A stretch of 64,000 bases of DNA from Candidatus Latescibacterota bacterium (GTDB lineage Bacteria > Latescibacterota > UBA2968 > UBA8231), in the NCBI GenBank assembly GCA_965200315.1, contig OZ241362.1, positions 1,312,001 through 1,376,000 on the forward strand, in the 5' to 3' direction. Within the stretch, counting starts at the first letter, position 1. Each line of letters begins with the position of its first letter. The notes under the pieces are model-generated. The model had not been told where the DNA came from and searched no databases. It saw only the letters and a program-made list of their open reading frames with translations. The translations under genes and the position numbers were made by a program. Positions 19,846 through 30,385 of the stretch are shown here, one piece after another.

Positions 19846-20035
19846 GTCGCAGGCAGGTCTCCTGACTTCCGGTTATGTGCCGCCCGACTCCTTCCCGATC
19901 CTCTTGGGAATCAGTGGCTGACGTCGGGGACGCGACGGCTGGTGGGCCGCCAACCGGTCACAGTGGCGGGACCGCGGCAGATTTGCACTGCCTTCCCTAT
20001 TCTTCCGCTGCGTCTAACAGCGGACACCTGCGCCG
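19846..20035 (-). ncRNA. Cobalamin riboswitch
   Basis: Minus strand: CAGGT...AATAGGGAA-GGCAGTGCAAATCTGCC-GCGGTCCCGCCACTGTGA...GCCACTG...GGGAAGG...AAGTCAGGAGACCTGCC (B12 box), upstream of a B12 uptake operon. Confidence 0.95.
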
Positions 20036-20050
20036 TTATTTGATGGGGCT

Positions 20051-20079
20051 ATTAAAAGGGCCGCGTTGAGAGCTGTCAA
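20051..20079 (-). promoter_or_regulatory. Sigma70-type promoter of the B12 operon
   Basis: TTGACA-17 nt-TTTAAT just upstream of the riboswitch. Confidence 0.6.
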
Positions 20080-20113
20080 GAGTGCGCCGTTCCAAGAGGA
20101 GTTTAGCCAGCAC

Positions 20114-20296
20114 TTATTTCTCTTGCGAAGTCTGTTTTCTGCGGAGTACTCTGGCCCAATACTTCTCGTCCAACTCCCGATAATGGCGGACGAGTTCCTT
20201 CGGATCGTTCCCAACTTCCTCGGATATCTTCCGGCGGATGGCTCGAACTCGATCTATCACATCTTTAGAGTGCTCAGACATCATCCTCACCGCCAA
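20114..20296 (-). CDS. Small helical hypothetical protein (putative solitary antitoxin)
   Basis: 'DVIDRVRAIRRKISEEVGNDPKELVRHY' resembles small proteins found next to PIN toxins; GAGG RBS. Confidence 0.55.
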   Translation of the reverse strand: MAVRMMSEHSKDVIDRVRAIRRKISEEVGNDPKELVRHYRELDEKYWARVLRRKQTSQEK

Positions 20297-20311
20297 GGAG
20301 TTCCAAAGGGG

Positions 20312-22270
20312 TCACAAGATTTGTTGGCGTTCGCCAGATGCCGGATTCCCCACATCCTCCACCCCAGCCCGCAACAGTTCGGCCACGCTCCACGCCTGGG
20401 CGATGCAGCCACGCGGCGCAAAAGGCGGCTCGGCGTCAAATATCTCCGAGACCGTGCCCAAGCCCGCCTCGTTCAGGTGCGCGGCAAAGCCGTCGAGGAG
20501 GGCGCGGCCGCGCTGGCGACCCACGCGACCGTGACAACGACAGAGGGCGGTGATGTACGGGCCGATGAGCCAGCCCCACACCGTGCCTTGGTGATACGCG
20601 CTGTCGCGCTCCCAAGGGCCGCCCGCATACCGGGGGCAATACGCCGGGTCGCTCGGAGAGAGGCTGCGCAGGCCGCGCGGGGTCAGCAAGTGTTCGTCAA
20701 TCACGGATAAAATTCGCCGCGCCCGCTCGCCTTCGACGAGCGGAAAGGGCAGCGAGAGCGCGAAAACTTGATTGGGGCGGATCGCCCAATCCGGCCCCTC
20801 GGGCGCAACCACGTCACACAAGTACCCCCGCTCTTCACACCAAAACAGGCGCTCAAAAGACGCCTGCACCTCAGCGGCGCGCTGGCCGTAATCGGCGCGT
20901 TGACCTAATGCTTCGGCCAAGTGCTGCAAAATTTTGAGCGCATTGTACCAAAGGGCATTGACCTCCACCGGCTTGCCCGTGCGCGGCGTGACCACCCAAT
21001 CGCCGATCTTGGCGTCCATCCACGTTAGTTGCACCCCCGGCTCGCCAGCCGTGAGCAGACCGTCGGCATCAACCCGGATCTGATAGCGCGTACCGCGTAC
21101 ATGCCAAGCCGCGATGTCCTCTAGCGTTGGCCATAGCTCGTCGGCCAACTCGTAGTCTTGGGTGTATTGCAAATACTGGTAGAGCGCGACAAAAAACCAC
21201 AAGGTCGCGTCAACAGCGCGGTATTCTAAAACCTCTCCCGCGTCGGGAAAACGGTTGGGGATCATGCCCTCGCTGACGTGCTCGGCAAACGCCGCAAAGA
21301 TGCTCCGCGCCTCGGCAAAGCGCCCGGTGACTAAGCACAGGCCGGGCAGGGCGATCATGGTGTCGCGGCCCCAATCCGTGAACCAGTGATAGCCAGCGAC
21401 AAGGGTGTGCAGGCCGTTGCCGCGCCGCACCAGAAACATATTGGCCGCCCTCGCCAGTGACCGCAGCAAAGGATCGGCGCACCAAGGGGCACGCACCGCC
21501 ACCTGCTGGCGGCGCTCGATCTCGCCGGCGAGAAGCGCGAGGGGGTCGCGGAGGGCGGGAAGCTCAGTGGCCGCCAGTACGCCAACGGTGGCTCCGGGGG
21601 AGAGCCGCAGGCGCAGGCGGCCGGGCGTGAACAGGTCTTCGCTGTGGTCGAGGCCGCGCTCTTGTTCGTGCGGATACTGGAAGTTGTAGTACCAGTCCGG
21701 GGCGGCCTCCCAGCACGCGCCCGGGGCGAGGAGGTAGGCGGTGGGCTGCTCCCGATAGGGGCGATAGGCCAGCGTGTCCCCAGCCCAATGGGCCGTTGGC
21801 TCCACTTGATCGTTGGCCTGCACCAAGTGGTGATAGTCCCGGCCGGCGAACAAGGGGCGCAATTCCAAATAAAGCGGACCGGGTGCCTGCACGAGTTCGT
21901 ACGCGACGACTAAGGCCTGCTCACCCGCGAGCAAAGCCAACCGCTTGCGCAACACCCACCCATCCCCCGCGTACGTCCACGTCGGCACCGGCTCAAGCGC
22001 GAAGGCCGTCAGCCATTGGTCGCCCCGTGGGTGAATGACTCCGGGGAAAATACTGCAACTCAGCTCGACGCGGCCAGTGGGCAGGGCCAAGGTCTCGTCG
22101 AGCCGCGAGAGCAACACCACGCGGCCAACCGGCGGACAGGTCGCCACGACCAGCAGGCCGTGGTAGCGCCGGGTGTGCGCACCGCTGACCGTGGAGGAGG
22201 CCCAGCCGCCCAAGCCGTTGGTCTCCAGCCACTCGCTGCCTTGAGGCAGGGCAAAGGCATCGGCCGGCAC
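20312..22270 (-). CDS. Glycogen debranching enzyme / amylo-alpha-1,6-glucosidase
   Basis: 'EWLETNGLGGWAS', 'TRRYHGLL', 'AGYHWFTDWGRDTMIALPG', 'LTWMDA', 'YHQGTVW', 'AQAWSVAE'. Confidence 0.92.
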   Translation of the reverse strand: MPADAFALPQGSEWLETNGLGGWASSTVSGAHTRRYHGLLVVATCPPVGRVVLLSRLDETLALPTGRVELSCSIFPGVIHPRGDQWLTAFALEPVPTWTYAGDGWVLRKRLALLAGEQALVVAYELVQAPGPLYLELRPLFAGRDYHHLVQANDQVEPTAHWAGDTLAYRPYREQPTAYLLAPGACWEAAPDWYYNFQYPHEQERGLDHSEDLFTPGRLRLRLSPGATVGVLAATELPALRDPLALLAGEIERRQQVAVRAPWCADPLLRSLARAANMFLVRRGNGLHTLVAGYHWFTDWGRDTMIALPGLCLVTGRFAEARSIFAAFAEHVSEGMIPNRFPDAGEVLEYRAVDATLWFFVALYQYLQYTQDYELADELWPTLEDIAAWHVRGTRYQIRVDADGLLTAGEPGVQLTWMDAKIGDWVVTPRTGKPVEVNALWYNALKILQHLAEALGQRADYGQRAAEVQASFERLFWCEERGYLCDVVAPEGPDWAIRPNQVFALSLPFPLVEGERARRILSVIDEHLLTPRGLRSLSPSDPAYCPRYAGGPWERDSAYHQGTVWGWLIGPYITALCRCHGRVGRQRGRALLDGFAAHLNEAGLGTVSEIFDAEPPFAPRGCIAQAWSVAELLRAGVEDVGNPASGERQQIL

Positions 22271-22305
22271 TTATCGTTCAGTCTCTTTGCATTGAATTCG
22301 GAGAT

Positions 22306-22374
22306 TAGTGGCCAGTGATCAGTAAGTAGTCCACCCCGCCGGTAGGGGACGAGCGCGGACCAATCACTAACCAC
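22306..22374. repeat. Intergenic imperfect inverted repeat built from TAGTGGC/CAGTGAT-like heptamers
   Basis: Left arm TAGTGGCCAGTGATCAGT, right arm GGACCAATCACTAACCAC; similar element at 39780-39869. Confidence 0.4.
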
Positions 22375-24330
22375 CTACTTATTAGCAATAAGCGAGTCCA
22401 CGACCGCTGGGTCGGCCAGCGTCGAGGTGTCGCCGATGGAGTCGGTCTCGTCGGTGGCTATCTTGCGCAGGATGCGGCGCATGATCTTACCCGAGCGCGT
22501 CTTGGGCAGGCCCGGCGCCCAGTGAATGACGTCCGGGGTGGCGATCGGGCCGATGGCCGTCCGCACCTGTTGCTTGAGCTCGTCTTTGAGTGCGTTGGTG
22601 TACTCCTCGCCGGCGTTGAGCGTCACGTAGGCGTAAATGCCCTCGCCCTTGATGTCGTGCGGGAAGCCAACGACGGCAGCCTCGGCCACCTTGGCGTGTA
22701 GCACCAACGCGCTTTCGACCTCGGCCGTGCCCATGCGGTGCCCGGAGACATTGATCACGTCATCAACGCGGCCGGTGATCCAGTAGTATCCATCCTCGTC
22801 GCGCCGACAGCCATCGCCCGTAAAGTAGTAGCCCTTGTACTGCTGGAAATAGGTCTGCTCAAAGCGCTCGTGGTCGCCGTACACGGTGCGCATCTGTCCC
22901 GGCCAAGGAGTGCGCATCGCCAACACGCCGACGACCCCATTCCCTTCCAACTCCGTCCCTTTCTCCGGGTCGAGCACGACCGGCTCAATGCCGAAGAAGG
23001 GGAAGGTGGCCGAGCCGGGCTTGGTGGGGGTCGCCCCAGGCAGCGGCGTGATGAGGACGCCGCCAGTCTCGGTCTGCCACCACGTATCGACGATGGGGCA
23101 GCGGCCCTTGCCGGCGTTTTTGTGATACCAGCGCCAAGCTTCGGGGTTGATCGGCTCGCCGACCGTCCCTAGCAGGCGCAGGGAAGGCATCTCGTATTGG
23201 GCGGGCCACTCCTCGCCGGCTGCGGCAATGGCGCGGATGGCAGTGGGGGCTGTGTAGAACTGATTGACGTTCCACTTCTCAATGGTCTGCCAGTAGCGGT
23301 CCGGGTTGGGATAGGTGGGAATGGCTTCAAACATCACGGTGGTCGCGCCGTTGGCCAGCGGGCCGTATATGATGTACGAGTGGCCAGTGATCCAGCCAAT
23401 GTCGGCCGCGCAAAAGTAGATGTCGCCATCTTGGTAATCGAACACGTACCTGTGAGTGGTGCCCGTATAGACCATGTACCCGCCCACTGTGTGCTGCACG
23501 CCCTTGGGCTTGCCGGTGGAGCCGGAGGTATAGAGGATGAAGAGCGGATCCTCGGCGTCCATGACCTCGCAAGCGCAGTCGGCGTCCGCGTTGGCCATCA
23601 GCTCGTGCCACCAGACATCGCGGCCGGCCTGCATATCCACGGCAAAATCCGCGCGATCGACCACGATGCAGGTCGCGACCTCGGCGTCCATGCGCGCATC
23701 CGCATCGGCCATGGCTTGGTCGGCCACAGGCTTCATCAGGATCGGCTTGTCGCCGCGATGGGTGCCGTTGCAGGTGATGACGGTGGTGCAAGTGGAATCC
23801 ACAATGCGGTCGGCGAGCGCGTCCGCGGAAAAGCCGCCGAACACAATCGAATGGATCGCGCCAATACGGGCGCAGGCCAGCATGGCAATGGCCAGCTCGG
23901 GCACCATCGGCAGGTAGATGGAGACGCGGTCGCCCTTGCTGACGCCGCGCGCCTTGAGCACGTTGGCGAATTTGCCGACCTGTTCGTGCAGCTCTTTATA
24001 GGTCAGCGTGGCATCTTCCCCCGGCTCGTTGCCCTCCCAGATGATGGCGACCTGATCGCCTTTCGCATCGAGGTGCCGGTCGAGGCAATTGTAGGTGATA
24101 TTGGTCTGGCCGCCGGCAAACCACTCAATCGCAATCGGCCCGGCGTCCATGTCGTAGTTGTAAGACCGCACGGTGTCCCACTTCTTGAACCAGTGGAACT
24201 GGGCGGCCTTTGCGGCCCAAAACGCCTCTGGATCGGCGATGGAGCGCGCGTACTCTGACCGATACTCGTCCATGCTTTTGACGTGAGCGCGGTCGCGTAA
24301 ATCAGCATTGGGTGCATAGACTTCAGACAT
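22375..24330 (-). CDS. acs: Acetyl-CoA synthetase
   Basis: '[11 protein letters not shown]', '[11 protein letters not shown]', '[11 protein letters not shown]'; RBS GAGGAG. Confidence 0.97.
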   Translation of the reverse strand: MSEVYAPNADLRDRAHVKSMDEYRSEYARSIADPEAFWAAKAAQFHWFKKWDTVRSYNYDMDAGPIAIEWFAGGQTNITYNCLDRHLDAKGDQVAIIWEGNEPGEDATLTYKELHEQVGKFANVLKARGVSKGDRVSIYLPMVPELAIAMLACARIGAIHSIVFGGFSADALADRIVDSTCTTVITCNGTHRGDKPILMKPVADQAMADADARMDAEVATCIVVDRADFAVDMQAGRDVWWHELMANADADCACEVMDAEDPLFILYTSGSTGKPKGVQHTVGGYMVYTGTTHRYVFDYQDGDIYFCAADIGWITGHSYIIYGPLANGATTVMFEAIPTYPNPDRYWQTIEKWNVNQFYTAPTAIRAIAAAGEEWPAQYEMPSLRLLGTVGEPINPEAWRWYHKNAGKGRCPIVDTWWQTETGGVLITPLPGATPTKPGSATFPFFGIEPVVLDPEKGTELEGNGVVGVLAMRTPWPGQMRTVYGDHERFEQTYFQQYKGYYFTGDGCRRDEDGYYWITGRVDDVINVSGHRMGTAEVESALVLHAKVAEAAVVGFPHDIKGEGIYAYVTLNAGEEYTNALKDELKQQVRTAIGPIATPDVIHWAPGLPKTRSGKIMRRILRKIATDETDSIGDTSTLADPAVVDSLIANK

Positions 24331-24442
24331 GCGAACTAACTCCTCATTAGGGTGTAAATAGCCATCAATAGCGCAAACTAAAACGACCCTCGCCTACAAG
24401 GGTTTAAGATCAACATCGCATAGCGCGATAGGAAAATAACCC

Positions 24443-24683
24443 TTGCTTCGCCTAAAGGCGAGTGGTTTAGAAGCCGTCGAGAAGGCAGCCGTCGCCGACA
24501 TCAGCAAAGCCGACGGCACGAGCATCAATCAGTTCGCAACCACGGCAATCGCCGAAAAGATCGCCGCCATGAAGACCGCCGAGTTTTTACCGAACGCGGC
24601 ACCGAAGCCGATGTTGAAGCGGCTCGCCGCCTGCTTCGACGCGACGGAGGCCAACCGCCGGAACCCGAGGATCGCCGGCCGTA
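24443..24683 (+). pseudogene. Frameshifted ribbon-helix-helix (HicB-like) antitoxin remnant
   Basis: 'DGTSINQFATTAIAEKIAAMKTAEF'; after a T5 run (~24584-24588) another frame continues 'TERGTEADVEAARRLLRRDGGQPPEPEDR*'. Confidence 0.6.
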
Positions 24684-24686
24684 ACA

Positions 24687-25472
24687 CTACTTGCCACCAG
24701 CCACCGGCGGCAAGGGCCACTCGTCGCCGGCCATGAAGCCGCCATCGACGTAAATGCACTGCCCGGTGACGTAATCCGAGGCGGGCGCGGCGAGAAAGAC
24801 AGCCGTGCCGACCATGTCTTCGGGCATCCCCAAGCGGTTGAGCGCAACCCGCCCCTCACCCCAAGTACGCATGGTGTCGTCGGCCCACAGCTTCTCACTG
24901 AGCGAGGTAATCACAAAGCCCGGGCAGATGGCGTTGACCTGAATGTTGTGCGGCCCAAACTCAATGGCTTGGCCCTTGGTGAGCTGGCCGACGGCTCCCT
25001 TGGTCGCGGTGTACACCGACACTTTGGCAAGGGCGTAGCCCGTGGTCAGCGAGCCGATGTTGATGATCTTGCCGCCTTGGCCGCGCTCGATCATCTGGCG
25101 GCCGACCTTCTGGCTGAGGAAGTACAGGCCCTTGAGATTGACGGCCATGATCTGGTCGTAGCTTTCCTCCGAGACCTCGACGATGGGCTGGCGGATGTTC
25201 ATGCCGGCATTGTTGAACAGGATGTCTATAGGCCCGCATTGCTCCAAGGCCGCGTCCATGCCCTCTAAGTCGGCCATGTCCAACTCGACCGCGCGGGCCT
25301 TGCCACCGGCAGCTTCAATGGCGGCGACGGCTTCGTCGAGTTGGCTGCGGGTGCGGGCGGCGCAGATAACCGTAGCTCCGGCCTCAGCCATGCCCGCAGC
25401 TACGCCGCGGCCAATGCCGCGACTGGCACCGGTGACGAGGGCGACTTTTCCCGCTAGCGAAAATAGATTCAC
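24687..25472 (-). CDS. Short-chain dehydrogenase (gluconate 5-dehydrogenase/KduD-like)
   Basis: TGASRGIG, NNAG, YTATK, 'VNAICPG'. Confidence 0.88.
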   Translation of the reverse strand: MNLFSLAGKVALVTGASRGIGRGVAAGMAEAGATVICAARTRSQLDEAVAAIEAAGGKARAVELDMADLEGMDAALEQCGPIDILFNNAGMNIRQPIVEVSEESYDQIMAVNLKGLYFLSQKVGRQMIERGQGGKIINIGSLTTGYALAKVSVYTATKGAVGQLTKGQAIEFGPHNIQVNAICPGFVITSLSEKLWADDTMRTWGEGRVALNRLGMPEDMVGTAVFLAAPASDYVTGQCIYVDGGFMAGDEWPLPPVAGGK

Positions 25473-25532
25473 AATACACTCCTTTGTTGTTTGTCGTTGC
25501 GTTGATTAATGCTGGCGTTCCAGCAAGGCTTT

Positions 25533-26471
25533 TCAGGTGGGTACGGAAGCGATTAGGTACTCCAGTTTTTCGCCTCCTAACGGCGCGACGTTGCAAGCGC
25601 GGCCGGCCGGTACTAGCGCAGTCGCACCCATGTCCAAGGCGCACTCCCCCACGCGCGCCCGGCCGCGGACGACCGTCAGCGACAGAAACGACTCTTCAGC
25701 CTGATGCTCGGCTTGGCCGCCGTCTAAGCCGCAACCGCGCAGCACAAAGTGCTCGGACTCTACCAGCACTTGGCCCTGCAGCACGGGATGCGGCACCGGG
25801 CCGGGCCGGTGTTGGGCAAAGTCGATGACCTCAAGGGCCTGCTCCCAGTGCAGCTCGCGCGGCCGGCCGTAGTCGTAGATGCGGAAGGTCAGGTCGCTCG
25901 TTTGCTGCACCTCGTACAGGACTACCCCTTGGCACAGGGCGTGTACCGTACCCGGCGGCAAAAAGAGCACGTCCCCTTGTGCAACCCGGTAAAAGCGGAC
26001 GACCTCAGCGACGCGGTTGGCCGCGTGGGCGGCGACGAACTCCGCGCGGCCCACGCCTTCGGCTAGCCCGCAAGCCACGCGGCCGCCATCTGATTGCAGC
26101 ACGTACCAAGCCTCCATCTTGCCGCTATCAACCAACCCCTTGCGCCGGGCGTACTCGTCGTCGGGATGCACTTGGATCGACAAGTCTTGCTGGGCGTCGA
26201 GGATCTTAATAAGCAGGGGAAAGCACCCACCGTAGCGCACCCATACCGCATCGCCCACTAGGTCGGCGCGATGCACGTCCAGCAGCTCGCCCAGCGAGCG
26301 ACCGTCCGCCGCTCGGCTCTCGCGGCCCTCGTACGCCGACAGCTCAAAAGACTCGCCAATGAGCGCGTCGCTTGGCAGGGCTTTGCCGTAGAGCGCAGCT
26401 AAGCGGCGTCCGCCCCACACCATCTCGCGGTAATAGGGCGTCAAGGGAATGACATCCGGCAATCTATCCAT
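25533..26471 (-). CDS. manA: Mannose-6-phosphate isomerase, class I
   Basis: 'VWGG', 'FPLLIKILDA..DLSIQVHPDD', 'GKMEAWY', 'GTVHA', 'EVQQTSD.TFRIYDY'. Confidence 0.88.
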   Translation of the reverse strand: MDRLPDVIPLTPYYREMVWGGRRLAALYGKALPSDALIGESFELSAYEGRESRAADGRSLGELLDVHRADLVGDAVWVRYGGCFPLLIKILDAQQDLSIQVHPDDEYARRKGLVDSGKMEAWYVLQSDGGRVACGLAEGVGRAEFVAAHAANRVAEVVRFYRVAQGDVLFLPPGTVHALCQGVVLYEVQQTSDLTFRIYDYGRPRELHWEQALEVIDFAQHRPGPVPHPVLQGQVLVESEHFVLRGCGLDGGQAEHQAEESFLSLTVVRGRARVGECALDMGATALVPAGRACNVAPLGGEKLEYLIASVPT

Positions 26472-26692
26472 ATATCTATCGCGTTCGTCTTTTTGCTTGC
26501 CATTTGAAAGTATAGGACAACGGGGGCGAGACAATACTTAGGGACGGGATGCCACTTGCTAGCGCACACTCTAATAGGCTTAACGCCCCTATAAGCTTGA
26601 CAGCAAGCGGGCAAACCCTATCAATTGAGACAGTCTCATCGCGCAACGCGGGTCAATTCCACAACCAAGCTGCACCGGCAACCTCAAAATCT

Positions 26693-27220
26693 ATGACACC
26701 TGCTGACCTTGATATTCTCATTCAGCAAGGCGAAGGCACCACGTTTGAGTTCAAAGAGAGCCTCTCGGCGTCGTTCTCACGAGAGCTCGTGGCCATGGCC
26801 AACACAGTCGGAGGCAAGCTCCTGCTCGGGGTGCGCGATGACGGCACTGTGACCGGTGTCAAAGACTCCAATGCCCTGCGAGCTCGCGTCCAAGACATCG
26901 CCCGCAACTGCGACCCTCCGGTGAAGGTGCTGGTGGAGCCGGTAGATGACATATTAGCAGTGCATGTACGGGAGAGCGACGCCAAGCCAGTGCAGTGTAG
27001 CGAGGGCTTCTTCTGGCGTCAGGGTGCGGTGCCCCAGAAGCTCAGCCGCAGCGAAATCCGCGATTTTTTCCGCAGCGAGGGCGTAATTCGGTTCGATCTC
27101 TCGCCCTGCCCCCGTTTCCACTACCCAGAGGACTTTAACCGCGAGAAGTACGAGGCTTGGCTCAAGCTGTCCGGCATCAGTGGACAACCGCCGGTTGAAG
27201 ACGTGCTGGTCAACATCTAA
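26693..27220 (+). pseudogene. AlbA_2 (Schlafen-like) domain protein, C-terminally truncated
   Basis: 'QGEGTTFEFKES...ELVAMANT.GG.LLLGVRDDG.VTG'; ends abruptly where a HATPase/wHTH region normally follows. Confidence 0.65.
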
Positions 27221-27612
27221 GGTTTCCTCAAGAGCGGCTTTGCAGGATTCGCCAAGCACGAGGTCATTGAGTTGCTGTTGACCTTGGCCATCCCCGTCCG
27301 GGACGTGAAGCCACAAGCCAAGGCACTGCTCGAGCACTTCGGTAGTCTGCGAGGAATTTTGGATGCAACACATCAAGAATTGCAAACCGTAGAAGGCATT
27401 GGCGAGGTCACCGCGACCGCCCTACACATCATTCGGGAAGCGGCGACGCTCTACTTGCAGGAAGCATCGGAGGGAGCGGAAGTGCTGCGCGACCCGGAGC
27501 GGCTCAGCGACTTCTGGCGCATGCTGCTGAGACCGTTGACCTTCAGGTTGTCGACCACCTGATTGTGTCAGCGTCGGAGACTTTCAGCTTCAGGGAGGCA
27601 GGGCTTTTATGA
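27221..27612 (+). pseudogene. radC: radC (JAB family) remnant with internal deletion
   Basis: N-terminal helical part 'FLKSGFAGFAKHEVIELLL...AKALLEHFGSL..' joined out of frame to the RadC C-terminus 'AETVDLQVVDHLIV...FSFREAGLL*'; HNHPSG core and start codon missing. Confidence 0.75.
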
Positions 27613-27714
27613 GCATCCATCCTTTTTATATTTTTTTGCTGGCAAGGCCAAGATAAAGGAAATTGGGCTTTGCACCTTTACCGATAAAGTAGCATCTAAT
27701 CTAAGGAACAGATA

Positions 27715-29598
27715 ATGGCAAAAATCGACATCACTAAGACAGAACTAGTGTGGCCCGGCAAGTACGACGAGGACGGGACACTCAGGGAGGTTCCGCGAGT
27801 TAATTTGCCTTTTCAAGTGATTGAGACGGTCAATGAAAGCCGCGCCACGCACGAAGTGCAAAAAACCAAAGGATTGTCGCTGTTCGATATTTACGAAGGC
27901 AATGAAGGCGACACCTTTGAGGACGGATGGAAGAACAAGCTTATCTGGGGCGACAACCTGTTAGTGATGGGTTCGTTGCTGGAAAAATTTGCTGGGAAGA
28001 TTGACCTGATCTACATCGACCCGCCGTTTGCGACGGGGGCGGATTTTTCATTCATGGCGCAGATTGGAGAGTCGGATAAAAAAATTACAAAGGAGCAATC
28101 CATAATTGAAGAAAAGGCGTATAGAGATACATGGGGAAAAGGTACCGATTCTTTCGTTTCCATGATCTATGAACGATTGGTTTTGATGCGGAATATGCTA
28201 TCTAAAGATGGAAGTATTTATATACATTGTGACTGGCATAAAAGTCACCACTTGCGGCTTATATTAGATGAGATTTTCGGAATAGATAATTTTCTGAACG
28301 AGATAATATGGTATTACACCAATAAAATCCCTGATAAAAGAAAAAGGAAATTTACAAACTCTTCAGATACAATTTTTTCTTATAAAAAAACAGAAGAAAA
28401 CATTTTTACTCATCAATATGAAAAAAGAGATAAACCGATCAAGGTTTCAAAAATGAAAAAGATTGATGGAAAAAAAGTTTACTTAAAAGATGAGAGTGGC
28501 AAAGGATTGTACGATGAACGTACAGAAAGAACCGTTGATAATGTGTGGAATATTCCGCTATTACATGCTCAGCCTGAGATCTTGAATTACCCCACCCAAA
28601 AACCCGAAAAACTACTCGAACGCATCGTCAAAGCCTCTTCCAACGAAAGTAGTCTTGTCGCCGATTTCTTTTGCGGCTCTGGTACCACTCTCGCAGTCGC
28701 CGAAAAACTCGGCCGCCGCTGGATCGGCTGTGATTTAGGCCGCTGGGGCATCCACGTCACCCGCAAGCGCATGCTCGGTATTGAAAACTGTAAGCCATTC
28801 GAGATTCTCAACCTCGGGAAGTACGAACGCCAGTACTGGCAAGGGGTAACGTTTGGCGACGCAAAAAACCAGTCATCGACCGAGCAAGCACTCTACGAAT
28901 ACTTCGCCTTCATTCTCAAGCTATACGGCGCACAGCCACTATCGGGCCTAGCGCATCTGCACGGCAAAAAAGGCCGCGCCATGGTTCACATCGGCGCAGT
29001 AGATGCGCCTGTGACCTTCGACGAAATCGACGACGCTGTAGAAGAATGCGCCAAGCTCAAGCAGAATCAACTGCACATCCTTGGTTGGGAGTGGGAAATG
29101 GGCCTTCAGAATCTCGTGGTTCCAGTAGCGCAGAATAAGGGAGTCAAACTTTCGCTATTACAAATCCCCCGCGAGGTTATGGAAGAGCAGGCAACGGATA
29201 AAGGCGATATCCGTTTCTTTGAGCTAGCCTATCTAAAGGCGACGGTCAAAAAACCAAAGAAACTCACCGTGCAAGTGCAGCTTCAAAATTTCGTCATTCC
29301 CAACTCAGAACTCATCCCGGACGAAGTGCGAGACAAGGTCGCGAAATGGTCGGACTACATCGACTACTGGGCGGTGGATTGGGACTTCCAGAACGACACC
29401 TTCATGCAGGGATGGGTTGCCTATCGAACCCGCAAGGATCGGACGCTCTCGCTCACTTCCGATTCCCACACTTACGAGCAGCCCGGTAAGTACCGAGTGC
29501 TGGTCAAAGTAATCGACATCTTCGGTAACGACACTTCGCAAGCTCTTGATGTTGAGGTGAATCAGTCTGAAGATGCAATTCACAACCACAGACACTGA
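27715..29598 (+). CDS. mod: Type III restriction-modification DNA methyltransferase (Mod)
   Basis: Catalytic 'IYIDPPF', 'YPTQKPE.LL.R', SAM-binding 'DFFCGSGTT'; AT-rich central target-recognition segment. Confidence 0.88.
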   Translation: MAKIDITKTELVWPGKYDEDGTLREVPRVNLPFQVIETVNESRATHEVQKTKGLSLFDIYEGNEGDTFEDGWKNKLIWGDNLLVMGSLLEKFAGKIDLIYIDPPFATGADFSFMAQIGESDKKITKEQSIIEEKAYRDTWGKGTDSFVSMIYERLVLMRNMLSKDGSIYIHCDWHKSHHLRLILDEIFGIDNFLNEIIWYYTNKIPDKRKRKFTNSSDTIFSYKKTEENIFTHQYEKRDKPIKVSKMKKIDGKKVYLKDESGKGLYDERTERTVDNVWNIPLLHAQPEILNYPTQKPEKLLERIVKASSNESSLVADFFCGSGTTLAVAEKLGRRWIGCDLGRWGIHVTRKRMLGIENCKPFEILNLGKYERQYWQGVTFGDAKNQSSTEQALYEYFAFILKLYGAQPLSGLAHLHGKKGRAMVHIGAVDAPVTFDEIDDAVEECAKLKQNQLHILGWEWEMGLQNLVVPVAQNKGVKLSLLQIPREVMEEQATDKGDIRFFELAYLKATVKKPKKLTVQVQLQNFVIPNSELIPDEVRDKVAKWSDYIDYWAVDWDFQNDTFMQGWVAYRTRKDRTLSLTSDSHTYEQPGKYRVLVKVIDIFGNDTSQALDVEVNQSEDAIHNHRH

Positions 29599-30120
29599 GG
29601 TCATTGCTGTGGAGCCGCGGCCCGCGCAAGAACTGCTGGCGAGCATTGCCAACAAGGCCGCTAATCATGCCAAGCTAACCAACTGCTTTGCAGAGATATA
29701 CCCGATTGTACAGGACTACGTCATAAACCGCTGTTTCGGGCGAAAAATCGAACTGGTCGATAAAAACGTCCGCTCTCGTCTCGAGCAACCAAATTTGCAG
29801 GAGGGCATTGCCAAATACATGGCCCGTGAGATCGCTGCACTTATCATTGAGCGGCGCACTGTCGAGTTTGAGCAAGAGAATGCTCGTCTATCTCTGACAA
29901 ACCCCTTTAGCTGGCGGCGCAACTTGCCACCATTGGAGGCGAAGAAGACCATCTTCAACTTTGTGGCCACCTACAACGACTTTGAGCGCAGCTTTGCCGA
30001 ATTCCTCGACAAAGCCCAAGACATCCTTCGCTTTGCGGCACTTGGAACGACAGAACAGGGCGCATCTGGAACCGTGTTCCGCATCGACTATCTAAAGCCT
30101 AGCGGGGCCATCGGCTTCTA
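29573..30120 (+). pseudogene. Type III restriction endonuclease (Res) internal/C-terminal fragment
   Basis: 'KKTIFN...NDFERSFAEFLD.A.D...F...FRIDYL...G....Y'; lacks the helicase domains and breaks just before the expected PD-(D/E)xK motif. Confidence 0.65.
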
Positions 30121-30340
30121 TTGGCATTTTGACGCCTGTCTGATTCAGCTTGCAGACGAGTTTTCATTGTCCGAGGACACCGAACGCGACGAAGTGGCGG
30201 TACTGGACCTTGCACAACGCCACAACCTGACGATATATGACGCCAGCTATTTGGAAACAGCTATCCGCCGCAAGGCCAAGCTGGCGACCTTCGACCAAAA
30301 ACTCGCCGCTGGGGAAAACATCGGTAACCCGGCGGCGTGA
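30121..30340 (+). pseudogene. VapC/PIN toxin C-terminal fragment fused in frame to the Res remnant
   Basis: 'LDLAQRHNLTIYDASYLETAIRR...LATFDQKL'. Confidence 0.7.
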
Positions 30341-30385
30341 TTGGATTTCGCAACGTAAAAGTGGGATGGCACCTCTCCCGCTGGG

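Noticed and set aside
27620-27640. T-rich tract upstream of mod as a phase-variation switch
   Set aside because: The runs are short and interrupted, and no simple-sequence repeat is seen in mod
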